Made by a program: the position numbers and the translations under genes
The notes under the pieces: model-generated
Told to the model about the DNA's origin: nothing
The model's input: the letters and a program-made list of their open reading frames with translations, nothing else
Databases searched by the model: none
Shown: positions 1-12,764 of the stretch, one piece after another
Layout: every line of letters starts with the position of its first letter
Position numbering within the stretch: position 1 is the first letter of the stretch
Source: Haliotis rufescens
Lineage: Eukaryota
Direction: 5' to 3'
Assembly: GCF_023055435.1 (NCBI RefSeq)
Contig: NW_025963857.1
Location: 1,488,001 to 1,552,000, forward strand
Length of the DNA: 64,000 bases

Positions 1-879
1 TATACAAGCAGTGTTATCCATTAAGAGGTTTTGCACGAAGATTTTATTTCTGTAAATTCCAATTGTTCAGTTTTAAATACAGCAGGTTTTGGTTTGAACT
101 CTTCGCTTGGCCAAACAAATAGTTTCACAACATGACATGCACAAACAAACATTTCATCGTAGTATATACGTTCCCATGTTAATTGTATTACCACTCAGAC
201 GTCGTGTTTCAACCAGAACAATGATTTACGCGCTGTCATGACCCAGTTATTCTATACCCATAACTCAAGTAGGCGAGGTTTAACTTCCGGGTTTGCCATG
301 TACCCCACAGACGTGTACTCAGAAACATCGCCACATTACATATAACACTACAGTCCTGTCTCTGCTATCAAGATGGCATGGCCTGGTGTAGTTGACAAGT
401 GCTAAACTGTAGGCATATATCAAGAAACGTGTTTACCCAATATGAAGTCAACTCAGGGTGTAATGTGTAAAGCACATATCGGCGTCACTTTAGTTAGATC
501 GCATTTACATGAGAATGAACATTACAGACAGATCTGACACACTGAATACCCGGCACCAGTTAGTAAAACACGAGACAAATACACCTGCACACAACAGTAC
601 CTTGTGGGTGGCAAGATTCTTGTAAATGAACTCCGAGAACTGTCTAAATATATCGTGTTTAACGTGGACACAATGACACACCTGAGCGATCTCCTCGAGC
701 AGGACGGTGTCAATTGAGATTGTATACCCTGACAAAATATCCGACTGTTTCATAAGCATGTGTTTATGAATCATTATCAAATAGTGGTGATACCAGGTGT
801 TAGCGAAAACGTGCGCGTATCCTGCCTCACCAGTGGAACCCAATACAAACACGTATAAAGACAAGTCAAATGTTCACAT

Positions 880-1545
880 GAAAAAACACGGCAACATTTG
901 GTACATCTGAGTGTTTTCCACATGTCTATCATAAAACTTTTTGAAAGCTTTACCGAGGCCTTGAATTCTGTAACCTTGATCAAATCATTATTTAGGAAAA
1001 AACAACATGCTCGATTGTACCTCAAAGGTGTAGAAATGTAGAAAGCAAGGCTGGAGCTAGAGGAATTCATCAAGTGGAAAACTGAAGTCACTCTGAATCT
1101 TTATGCATTGATATGAAACAGATGAGGCGGTTTCGCTGTTCTCCTTTATGTCTTGGTCAGGCGGGTAAACAACTGGAAGGGAATTCGCCATTTGGTGGAT
1201 ATTGAATGATCTCATTTCATCTATATACCTCAAGTTTAATTTCTTGGACAAAAATCCGGACAGGAATTCCGATTAATATGCATGGGAAAATAGTTCAACA
1301 AACAGGGAAGCACAATGCAATACAATTGGTGCCTACGTCCTATCTTAATGCCCAAACCCCAAGTTCACAAATTGTTTTCTAAGCAAACTTTTGATGACTT
1401 TTAGTTTTTCACAAATTCTCATAAACATTTTTCAAATAGATATTTACCCACACCAAGTGACAAATGTCCTACTATTGTGTGGTGAAGTATATACAAAGTT
1501 GAAAAATAAAATGTTTTGACACAATTGAACATAGTTCTTTTCTGA
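880..1545 (-). mobile_element. Degenerate Penelope-like (PLE) reverse transcriptase relic
   Basis: Broken minus-strand frames give, in order, VKTFYFSTLY, VGTNC..LFVELFSHAY*SEF, LRYIDE, VYPPDQDIKE..SSVSY and YISTPLRYNRAC. These match the PLE RT motif series TFDFSTLYT / GTNCAPLLADLFLY / RYIDD / IYPxELEIK / YISQLIRYSRAC. Confidence 0.72.
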
Positions 1546-1559
1546 GATTCAAAAAAAGA

Positions 1560-2314
1560 GCAAATCAGGGTGATACGAGTATGTCAGTACAGATGTACCA
1601 ACAACAGGCGGAGCTGATAGACCAGGCTCTACAATCTGAGTGTGACATGGATGTGTATGAGATGTATCAGGGATGTGGTCAGTGAAGGTGAGAGAGGAAG
1701 AATAGTCAAGGACATTTTCAAGACAAGACAGATCACAACACAACAACCTCCTGGGCGTCCTAGATGTCATGTATGAGGATGTGTTGGGCCGGAATACCAC
1801 TCACGAATTACACGACCCAATGGACGCCAGATTGTCACACAGAGAGAGTGCAGCAGGACCTATGACGTGGCAGTGCTGGTGTGAACAGTTGTTGTCACAG
1901 ACTAACGTGCTGACGTCCATCAGTCCATTGCACAATGGTCGGGACATTTTAAAGTATCCCACTTACCTATGTACCACCAGGACAGGGAACATCCTGGTGT
2001 CTGATGGTGAATCCAACTCGGTGATGTGTCTGACCCCCAGGGGAGATGTCGTGTTCAACTACAGACCTACAGGAGACGCAGCCATGGGTAGGCCGTGCGG
2101 TATAACGAGCACCAACACAGGCGACATCCTGGTTACAGACAACTTGCAGCACAGAGTTCTACATCTGACTGAAACGGGTCAGTTTGTTAGGGACATGTTA
2201 ACATTACAAGATGGGGCAGAGGATCCATATGGAGTTTGCGTAGATGGGAGTGGGCGGATATACGTGTGTCTTCGCAATACAGGATTTATCAATACATTCA
2301 AAAATATAAACTAA
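1560..2314 (+). pseudogene. Truncated, internally deleted TRIM-NHL paralog (end of coiled coil plus last NHL blades)
   Basis: From 1581 the sequence encodes MSVQMYQQQAELIDQALQSECDMDVYEMYQGC, identical to the TRIM genes at 10-12 kb and 26-28 kb, then stops and shifts frame. ORF 1769..2314 carries YPTYLCTTRTGNILVSD...PCGITSTNTGDILVTD...PYGVCVDGSGRIYVC. No RING or B-box is present. Confidence 0.85.
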
Positions 2315-4702
2315 ATATAAGCGTAAACAGTCAGAAAGAAAGGTAAATTGTGCGATGAAAAACTATTCAACAAATGCTTTCATAGAATTGTGACACGCAT
2401 TGCCATACATGGTCCACGGTATACAAAAAACACGGTGTCAGTGTCAACAGTAATTCAACAACTAACCTCGTTCAGATTCAAGGAACCTCACGCTTAACAT
2501 GCTCATGATATAGTCTGAATCATCCAAACAACTCTGCTTTATGCAGAGATATCTATTGGATATAGAAAGGGCCTTCTCGCTTTATTTAAAGGGTTATTTA
2601 AGAGACAATACCTATGGCGATTAAATAGCTCCGACCATGTGCGTACAACTGGATAATGTACAAATGCACTTTACACAGTGTGCTACTTGAGCTGTATCTG
2701 CAAGGACGTGGGTTTTAGTGGAATAACACTACTTCACGTTTGTGTTTTTCAGTCGAACATTGTACCGTGCTCAAAGACATTTATAATATAAATTGTCAAT
2801 GTAAAAGAATAAGTCGAAACAGATTCCATTTGGCGTAAACAGCTGAAATAACTGAAAATCAGTGATGACACCAGGTGTTCGCGAAAAAGGAAACATGTTC
2901 TCACTTACCGGTAGTTCCCGCCACTCGCACAATTTACATAAAAAGTATATTAGTATATCCGTGTAAGTACGTGATACACTGCTCTCGAGCTGTGTCTGCA
3001 ACGACTGTGGTTTTAGTCGAATATCAAAGTGGCGTTTCGAGAGCTGTTCACTGACACACGTACGTGTTATTCACTCAAGTATTTGACTCTGCTCAAGGAC
3101 ACACAGAGAACTCGTGACAGAACCAGGACATGAAGGAATCGATGCGAGAACATTATGTCTCGACTACACTTTGCTATCTGTTTGTTCAACTGAACCAGTT
3201 TACAACCGTAAAGTAGTGTCACTCCATCGCTCTCTATTACATGTGATCTCGTCTTTAAATATTCGGGGGCTGAGGTGTTACCATGCATCAAATAACTTAT
3301 TCATGAACCGTATGTTTATGTGAACTGACTATATGAGACATTACTCATGTTCGGTGGTTTGTATAGCCTATGATATAAGCTTTGGTTCTTCTCTACATAT
3401 AACAACCTTCCAAACCGTGACTTTAATATTTTACCACCAAATACAGGTAACCAGGGTAACCGAGTTACTGCAAGAATGAACATCAATCAACGTCAGATAC
3501 TTGGTCAGCCCGGACACAAATCCTGCCCACTCGATCCCCAGTTAGTTGGCTCTTACGACAAGCATGCAGTTCTGGGAACCGCTATCACCCGGAATCCCTT
3601 ATAGGGTCAGTTTATAGGTACTTGCATAACAACAGAACCGTCGGAGATACGTTTTAGGGCCAACTGAATCGTGACCCTAGTGGGACCCTGGACCTGATTT
3701 TTGACCTGAATATCTGAAATATGTTGACCTGATAATGCGGTCACCCTCACGTCTGTGTAATAAATGTGTTTAAATTATCATGCTGTAAGCAGAATATATA
3801 CTATGAACGGAACAAAATACACTTTATATTGCTACAATCATTTATCTGACAATGTTATTGGTGTCAAGGTTTAAATGACATGATGACATGTCACTGGGCA
3901 TTGAGCCGGGATCCTGATACTTGGTCAACCAGTTCGGATAGTTCGTTGTCGAGGCAGCAATAACAGGATGTGTGTTCCACACAGACAGGAACAAAATCAC
4001 ACAGCGGCCAATCCCTGGCCATCATTGAGACAAAGCAACTACTTCCGCTATGAACTTTGTCACTGTGAGCCTCATTGTGTGCATGTTTGTGAATATGTTC
4101 AACTGTGACATCATAGTGCATCATGACGTCATAATTTGACTGTGGCGCTACAAAAGTGAGTCATCATACATTTGCAACGATTTCTTTCAAAACTCACTCA
4201 CTCACTCATTGCTTAGACATCACAAGACACAACTTACCCTGTCTCTATGCGTTCTTTGGTTTCGGAAAACATTTGTATGATTGATCTTTTGTCTTAAAAC
4301 AATTGAAGTATTCTATAATCACTAAACAGGGAATTCCTAACAGTAACCATGGTTACTTTGTGAGACTTCGGACACAAGAAATGCACGGCCCTCTGAGGTA
4401 TGAAGTATTGGTCACCGAGTTTCCCAGCGAACATACGCTACCTTTACAGCTCGGTCATTACGAAATTAAGCGAAATAAAGCCACGGTGCTAGACATGATT
4501 CCGAATGATAACATAGCAACTTGTACCGGTGGTTATCGCGAACACCTGGAATCATCACTATTGATAGCGATTCATAAACACCTTCTCTTGATACACTCGG
4601 AACTGAACAATCGACCCTGCTTTTAATAACGATGTCTTACGAATATGGAAAGGGTTTTGTCGTTTTTATTCATACAACTTTCTAAACTGTTGAAGTATAT
4701 TA

Positions 4703-6184
4703 TGTACTGAACCAAATTAAAAAATTCACAATCCTAAAATTTTAACATTTGTCCAGTTATCATTGTGGGCCCTTATTGTGTATTTAAACAGTAATGGCCA
4801 CGTATTGTCTTCAGATAACACCCGTTTTTTGCAGGTGAATCGATCAAAATCACGTGCGCAACACTATAGTGGCAAAATTGTTTTTTCATGTGCAACTGGT
4901 CACGTGGCCATAATACCGCACGTGTTTTCAGCTATACTTGTTAGCAGTCATTAACAACAACAAAACACAAGAAAACAAAAGTCTTTACGGCCATTTGTCA
5001 TGCCACGCCTTTCAAATGTGCAACGTGGACGTACCATCGGCATGTTGCAAACGGGAACGTCCGTAGCTGAAGTCGCAAGGACGATGGGTTGTAGTCGACG
5101 GACTGTTTATGATTTACAGACGCGTCTACAGCAAAAGAAATCCCCGGGGATCGACCCCGCCCGGTAGACCACGTGTGACGTCACATGTCTTACGTCACAC
5201 CCGTAACCGATTTTTGACGGCTACAGCAACCAGAAATGAACTGTTTAGGGGTAGACTGAGTGTGTAAACTGTTCGAAACCGTCTGAACACTGCTCACCTT
5301 CAAGCACGACGGCCATACTGCGGGCCGATTCTCACTCAATTACACAGACGTCAGCGTCAATTGTGGGCACAGCGACACTTGCGATGGACTCAGAGGAATT
5401 GGAATCAAGTCGTCTTCAGTGATGAATCCCGATTTAATCTTCGATTTGCTGATGGTAGGGCGAGGGTGTGGAGGCGCCGCCATGAACGTTACGCCCAGTG
5501 TTGTGTACAGGGAGTTGACAGATTTCGAGGTGTGGGTTACTTTCTGTGGCAATGCACGTTCCAGGCTTCTTGTCATCCGTGGCAACCTCAACGCTGCTGC
5601 GGTACTGGCACCAGAACTTCTGCCTTTAATGGCAGCACATGGACCCGGTTTGATCTTCCAACACAACAATGCCAGACCCTACACAGCAATTTTGACAAGA
5701 ATTTTTCATTAAGAATGCGGGAGTCAACGTCATGGACTGACCGTCCAGGTCTCCCGACCTCAATCCAATCGAACACGCCTCGGATGCTCTTGGCAAAAGT
5801 CTGCGCACTCTCCAGAATCAACCACAGAATTTGCAAGATCTTGGCACCATTTTCCAGCAACAATGTCGTCGTCTTCCCAATCATGTGTTCACAAGCATCA
5901 CAAGGCCCATGCGGAGGCGTTGTGTGGCAGTTGTCAACGCAAATGGTGGCCATACACGCTACTGAACGTGTGTGCCATCAGATTCTCGTGCTCGGGACTT
6001 ATGATTTAAACTGTTGATGTTATTACCGAATACCGTAGGTGCTTGGAACAAATTATGGTTACGACCGTCAATTAAAATCCTTCTTTGGACATTAATGATT
6101 AAAAATTACCTTCTCTGCATTTGTCCGTTGTATATCATATATGGGATTACTTTTAAAAATGTGAAGTTAATTTGACTCAGCATA
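4703..6184 (+). mobile_element. Tc1/mariner DNA transposon with frameshifted transposase (about 5000..5965)
   Basis: ATG at 5000 gives MPRLSNVQRGRTIGMLQTG (HTH), followed by GRPRVT, VFSDESRF, IFQHNNARP, PDLNPIEH and GGHTRY*. Several frameshifts; degenerate inverted ends at ~4703-4740 and ~6150-6184. Confidence 0.88.
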
Positions 6185-6431
6185 GTTCATTTCTATGAGT
6201 GTTCAAAATAGTTCTGATTTCACAGATGGGTTAATTTTGTTCAACGTTGCAAACATCAGTATGTCAACTCTCAAAGTATTTACGGTACTGATGTGTTTTA
6301 AGGAGGGGAATAGCTTCTGTAGTCTCCATGGATCCGAAGCCCAATATTTTCATGGATTGAAGAGTTACTAAACACGATGTGCAGAGCTGAGTGCCGGAAT
6401 CGTATGATCGTGGGTTCAAATCCCAGATCAG

Positions 6432-7705
6432 GAAGACAGGGGTGTCTGTCAGCGAGGAGGAGAAGGTGATGCGGGGGGAAGACAGGGGTGTCTGTCACTG
6501 AGGAGGAGAAGGTGATACGAGGGGAAGACAGGGGTGTCTGTCACTGAGGAGGAGATGGTGATGGGAGGGTAAGACAGGCGTGTCTGTCAGTGAGGAGGAG
6601 AAGGTGATGCGGGGGGAAAGACAGGGGTGTCTGTCAGCGAGGATGAGATGGTGATGCGAGGCGAAGACAGGGGTGTCTGTCAGTGAGGAGGAGAAGGTGA
6701 TGCGGGGGGAAAGACAGGGGTGTCTGTCAGCGAGGATGAGATGGTGATGCGAGGCGAAGACAGGGGTGTCTGTCAGTGAGAAGGAAATGGTGATGGGAGG
6801 GTAAGACAGGGGTGTCTGTCACTGAGGAGGAAAAGGTGATGGGAGGGGAAGACAGGGGTGTCTGTCAGTGAGGAGGAGATGGTGATGCGAGGCGAAGACG
6901 GGAGTGTCTGTCAGTGAGGAGGAGAAGGTGATGCGGGGGTAAGACGGGGTGTCAGTCAGTGAGGAGGAGAAGGTGATGCGAGGGGAAGACAGGGATGTCT
7001 GTCAGTGAGGAGGAGATGGTGATGCGAGGGGAAGACAGGGGTGTCTGTCAGTGAGGAGGAGAAGGTGATGGGAGGGTAAGACAGGTGTGTCTGTCAGTGA
7101 GGAGGAGACGGTGATGCGAGGGGAAGACAGGGGTGTCAGTCAGTAAGGAGGAGATGGTGATGGGAGGGTAAGACAGGTGTGTCTGTCAGTGAGGAGGAGA
7201 AGGTGATGGGAGGGGAAGACAGGGGTGTCAGTCAGTAAGGAGGAGATGGTGATGGGAGGGTAAGACAGGTGTGTCTGTCAGTGAGGAGGAGAAGGTGATG
7301 GGAGGGGAAGACAGGGGTGTCTGTCAGTGAGGAGGAGATGGTGATGCGAGGGGAAGACAGGGGTGTCTGTCAGTGAGGAGGAGATGGTGATGGGAGGGGA
7401 AGACAGGGATGTCTGTCAGTGAGGAGGAGATGGTGATGGGAGGGGAAGACAGGGGTGTCTGTCAGTGAGGAGGAGATGGTGATGCGAGGGGAAGACAGGG
7501 GTGTCAGTCAGTGAGGAGGAGATGGTGATGGGAGGGGAAGACAGGGATGTCTGTCAGTGAGGAGGAGATGGTGATGGGAGGGGAAGACAGGGGTGTCAGT
7601 CAGTGAGGAGGAGATGGTGATGGGAGGGGAAGACAGGGGTGCCTGTCACTGAGGAGGAGAAGGTGATGCGAGGGGCAGACAGGCGTGTCTGTCAGTGAGG
7701 AGGCC
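6432..7705. repeat. 46-bp G-rich minisatellite, about 27 copies
   Basis: Unit gaagacaggggtgtctgtcagtgaggaggagaaggtgatgcgaggg; starts directly after a SINE-type B box (gggttcaaatccc). Confidence 0.97.
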
Positions 7706-8255
7706 ATGCAGGATGTGGTCTTACCGATAGGAGAGATGGAGATGGGCATGTCACTACTGAAACGAAGCTGTGACGGCAAATGTGTCTTGGGTCGTATTCA
7801 TTACAGAATAGAGATATTATAAGTTGGATAATATTGGATGCTTAACGTAACCATGTGATGTGATACACAACTTCGATGCTGACATATTTCTGTCTCAGTG
7901 TTGCACATATACAGACATAGTTTCAGATCTGCAGGGCGGGTCCAGAGGAGAATAACTTGCCCCAGCTGACATTGTGTTTTTGTTTCCCTTGAGAACATCT
8001 CTAGCAAGGAGTACCGTGGTATACTATAGTATATGCAGTCGTCCTTCAAGACCATGCTGTTGCTGTGTAGTTCTCTCAGTGAGAGTTGGGACTTAACGCC
8101 GGCCTCGAGTAAATGCCCGGACTTAAACAGTTCAATGAAAATAAGAAGATAAAAATGCTCTTTGTCTGTAACATGGAAAGTTGGCCCATGCTTTATCACT
8201 GTTGAATTGTGTCCTTTATATCAAGCATCACCTGTGATCATTTTGGAGACGATAA

Positions 8256-8580
8256 TATTGGGAGGTCCTTGATTATATTGATAGGTCCTTGATTATATTC
8301 GGAGATTCATGATTATATTGGAAGGTCCTTGATTATATTGGTAGGTCCTTGACTATATTGGTAGGTCCTTGATTATATTGGTAGGTCCTTGATTATATTG
8401 ATTGGTCCATGGTTATATTCGGTGATTCGTGATTATATTGGGAGGTCCATAATTATATTGGTAGGTCCTTGATTATATCAGGAGGTCCTTGTTTATATTG
8501 ATAGATCCATGATTATATTGGGAGATCCATGATTATATTTGTAGTTCCTTGATCATATTGATAGGTCTATTATTATATTG
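8256..8580. repeat. 20-bp minisatellite, about 16 copies
   Basis: Unit close to ggtaggtccttgattatatt; two further copies at ~8990-9030. Confidence 0.92.
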
Positions 8581-9364
8581 AGATTCGAACCCAGATCCTC
8601 AGCGTGACGAACCAACCCTATAGCCACTGAAGGCTACCCTGACGGCAATAATACCAGAGGACCTGGAGATTGCGAGTTTGCAGGTATGCTATCAGACAAT
8701 GTACTGAACTTTCACACCAAATACATGATGTACCATGTTTAAAGAAACACATTTGAATATCTCGTACATACGCGGTATTCTATGTCCATAATGTTGAATT
8801 ATTTTTTATGATTTGTCCCGATTTTCATTAGGACCTAAACGTGAGTCGCCGACAGCCACGACGTCATACTTGTTCCATATTTAACTGCTGACATTGTGTT
8901 TTTGTTTCCCTTGAGAACATCTCCAGCAAGGAGTACCGTGGTATGCTGTAGTATATGTAGTCGTCCTTCAAGACCATGCTGTTGCTGTGAGGTCCTTGAT
9001 TATATTGATAGGTTCATGATTATATTTGGATCTAAACGTGAGTCGCCGACTACCATTTCAGTCAACTGGTTCAAAACATCCCCCGTGGTGGAGTGGGGAG
9101 AGCTGGAGCTTGGTGGTTCGATCCCTGGTCGCATCATACCAAAATACTCTAGAAGATGGCATATCTTGTATATCTGCCTGGCGTTCGGCTTCAAGGGGCT
9201 TCAAGTCCGGCCAATACATACATACACACACGTCACTGATAAGGAAAGTAATCTTGAACGCTACGTTACACACCATTTCACCTCATCCCACAGTGAAATA
9301 GATGCATGGCTATGTATTAAATATCTATAATTGACCAGCACGACAATGAAATATTCTACGATTG

Positions 9365-9612
9365 GCCGGGCACGGGCCGCCCAGACGTTTAAGGTGCAAT
9401 ACACAGTGCAGAGGGTGCCGGAAACCTATGACCGTAGGTTCGAATCCGTGATACGTCGTTCTGATATGTTTACATACCTGTGTTGGTGGGTTTCCCAAAC
9501 TTAATAAATGTCTCAGGTCGGTATCACTCCTAGCTCCCCCCTCCCCGCAGAAGATAACACGACGATATATAACTGATAAACTGTTCAAAGCGGCATAAAA
9601 TCCTACTGACTC
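9365..9612 (+). mobile_element. tRNA-derived SINE (family A), diverged copy
   Basis: Head gggcacgggccgcccagacgtttaag, B box ggttcgaatcc and tail aagcggcataaaatcctactgactc align with the intact copy at 40586..40865. Confidence 0.75.
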
Positions 9613-10169
9613 AAGTATGGAAGTATGAATCATTACGGATGTCAATAGAAGCCGTTCAAAAATTACTAGTAGTCCAAAACAGAACTTGCAGAACTTTAAA
9701 AATATGTTCATACAGATCAAATATCAGGTCAATCAACACAAAAACCAGCTCTGTCTGGACATCGCCTTCATCGGGGTACCCCGGTCCTACACGACCTCTC
9801 CCTCACACGACGACCCCTGGTTGTACTGTACAGAAGCAACCGCCTTTAGACTCCGCCACATGTCTGTCTGGAGGAACGTGAACCGAACCGACGCCTTGGC
9901 AGTCCTGATTACTTCACTCTGTTGATCTAGTTTGAGATACACACATGTACAGGTCTGGTATCTGAGATATGTTTAACACAAGAGTACGTTTATGTATCGT
10001 TTACTGTGAGACATGCATGTGTCTGAAATAGCCTAAATTATATCTCGACATCCATAAGGCAACTTGTGGATAATCAGTATCATTCTGTTTGGGCTTTTAT
10101 GAATTCCTCCCTAAAGACTACAGGAACCTGGGAGAGTTCTACAGACATAATTATGTATGTCACAAGTGG

Positions 10170-12542
10170 TCAGTGTTTACATGTGAACACCTTAATAACT
10201 CCTTCGCTACTGAGACAAACATACACGTGGCCATGTCCGTCTACGCACACACCCCAGGGTTGTTTGATACCGTCCTGTTGTGTCAGTATGTTTCTGACAA
10301 ACTGTCCTGACTCCGTCAGATGGATGACTCTGTGCAGAGAGGAGTCTGTCACCAGGATGTCACCTGTGCTGGTACTTGTGATACCCTGGGGATACTTCAG
10401 TGTTGTGTCTCCTGTAGGGCTGTAGTAGGTGAACACCACATCTCCCTCGGGGGTCAGACACAAGACACGCTTGGTTCCACAGTCAGACACCAGGATGTTT
10501 CCTGTCCTCGTGGTACAGAGGAATTCGGGATATTGTAAGATGTTGTTACCGTTGTGGTATGGACTGATTGATCTCAGCACGTTTCCCGTCATATCCAGGA
10601 TGTCAACACAGGGAGGAGACCGGGAACTAGCTGCTAGTGTTGATGGTGTCAGGGACGTTATGCCAAAGTACTGTTTGCTGGTTGTGATGGTTGACAGCAG
10701 CACCAGGTCACGGTTGACTTCTACTGTTACAATCTGATTGATGTTTAGGACACTGACGGCAACCTGGTTGTGTGTCAACTTTGTCAGACCCAATGGTCGA
10801 CCATCCAGACTGAGTTTACTGTGACGTGTCTGGTTATTCCTGGTGTAGAAGGACTTCACATTCATGTTGCCGTAGTCGGTGACTACAACTGTATCTGTGT
10901 CATTCACCACCATCACTGTCACGTCACGCGGGCATGGTGTGTTACTGTCTCCTGCTACTCTGACGTCAATGGTGTCCTGTAACACAGGAGTAGCCTTCAG
11001 GTCCAGCACACCCTCATACATGATGTCTATCTCACCCAGCTGTAGATCGTCCAGAGATTTACTCAGCTTGTCCATGTCCTGTCTGAATGTGACCTTGGTT
11101 ATTCTTCCTCTCTCCTTCAGGTATGTGTCTCCGACAGCCTCCACATCACCCGCCTCACATCCCTGATACATCTCATACACATCCATGTCACACTCAGATT
11201 GTAGAGCCTGGTCTATCAGCTCAGCCTGTTGTTGGTACATCTGTACTGACATCTCAACTGACTTAATGTCTGCCTTCAGTTGTCCAATGTGTTTGTCTGA
11301 CATATCTTTCAGTTCATCCAGAAGTTTCTGTTCCTTGAGTTTTATCCTTTGTATTGCCTTCAGACTTGCAGACTTGATGTCGGATTCCGTCTGTGAATGT
11401 TGACGTATTTCTTCAGCCATCACTGATTTCTTTTTCTGCACCTCTGTGTTTCGTTTGTGTCTTCTCCTTGACAAAGTCTCTTTCATCTTCATCAGCTCTG
11501 TCTTCACAGCCATCATTTCCGACTCGAGTGTGACGACCGAGTCACATTTCCTGTGGTAGATAGTGCAGCATGTCTGACAAACAGCTTTCTTACAATCTTT
11601 ACACAAATATTTGATAGTTTCGTCCTTGTGCTCTTTACATGTCACCTTGTGTCTTCTTCTGACCTTGACCTCGCCGGAGGTTTCCGTAATGACGGGATGC
11701 GGTTGTGAGCTCCAGTACATTTGTCACAGAGTGCCTCATCACAGACCGAGCACCAAACAACAGCTGGAGTTATCTCCCCTTCCTCTCTACAGTAGCTGCA
11801 GGAGGCTCTATCTGCAAATGTATATTAATCTTCAATGTGGTGTGTGTATCGTGGGGAGAAGAGGAGCCATCTATATGTGGTGTATTTCAACCATTATTCT
11901 ATTTTCACTACAATGTATTTTCTATGTTATTTGTTGAATCTACATCTGTCCAAGTTCTTCTCAAATATTCACACAGCTCATGTGAACTAGGTGATATTGT
12001 TACTGCAGACATTGCCACCATGTAAGATGAGGGTGTATCTACTATGAATTCATACTGTCAGAATATCGGCAAATACTACAAAACCACCATGGAAAAACAT
12101 GAAGCAACAATAATAACAAGTATCACAATAAAACATACACCTTCCTATGCAGAAATACATATAGGTACAGTTCTCAGTAAAATTTACTTTTTGTATATCA
12201 AATCTCAGTAAATTAGATTGCAGCCTGTTGAGACACAATCACTACTGTACCTTTAGATCCCGGACCAAACGAGTCCAAGAGTCCCTGGATGATAAAGATC
12301 GGATCGACGTCATCCGCCCACTCCTCCACTGGTCTCTCAGGAGCAGACACTTTCGTCATCTTGTTGCAGAATGGACAGAGGAGGGAATTGGCACTGATGG
12401 CTTCTGGTCTAGTTTTGGTGTATTTGACGACACATTTTCGACAGAAGGTGTGATTGCACACAAGTGTACAGGGATTATCAAACACTTCTGTGCAAATTGT
12501 ACAGGTCAGGAAATGTTCCGTTAGCTTCTGAGACGTCGCCAT
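10170..12542 (-). pseudogene. TRIM (RING, 2 B-boxes, coiled coil, NHL beta-propeller) gene copy 1, frameshifted after B-box1
   Basis: Coding exons 12542..12251 (RING: CTIC..CNHTFCRKC..CPFC; tttcag acceptor just before the ATG, GT donor) and 11811..10170 (catttgcag acceptor). Lacks 16 nt (acaaagtcattgacct) relative to copy 2 at ~11680, so the spliced frame stops at TGA 11644-11642 (153 aa). The downstream frame is open to TGA 10170; repaired length 649 aa. Confidence 0.88.
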
Positions 12543-12589
12543 CTGAAACATTTGAAGAACATTTTACACAACACATATACCTTATACAT

Positions 12590-12752
12590 GAGTGAGTATG
12601 ATTTTACGCTGATTTTATCAATATTCCAGCAATATCACAGCGGGGGACACCATAATTAAGGCTTCACTCATTGGACCCATGTCGGGAATCGATCCCGGGT
12701 CTTCGGCGTGACGAGGGAACGCTTTAATCACCAGGCTACCTGACCACCCCCC
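12590..12752 (-). mobile_element. tRNA-derived SINE (family B)
   Basis: Minus strand ggtcaggtagcctggtgattaaagcg (A box) ... gggatcgattccc (B box) ... tail cgtaaaatcatactcactc. Paralogs at ~28290-28450, ~45110-45270 and the head at 63968-64000. Confidence 0.75.
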
Positions 12753-12764
12753 TTAAAATTGAGC

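Noticed and set aside
3990-4300. Promoter-like motifs (CCAAT, tgacgtca) and a minus-strand GTAAGT donor at ~4238
   Set aside because: No linked coding exon identifiable in the window; short motifs alone are insufficient.
10170-11720. 516-aa ORF as a complete gene starting MYWSSQ
   Set aside because: The N-terminal residues come from the wrong frame upstream of the 16-nt deletion; the real gene starts in the RING exon at 12542.
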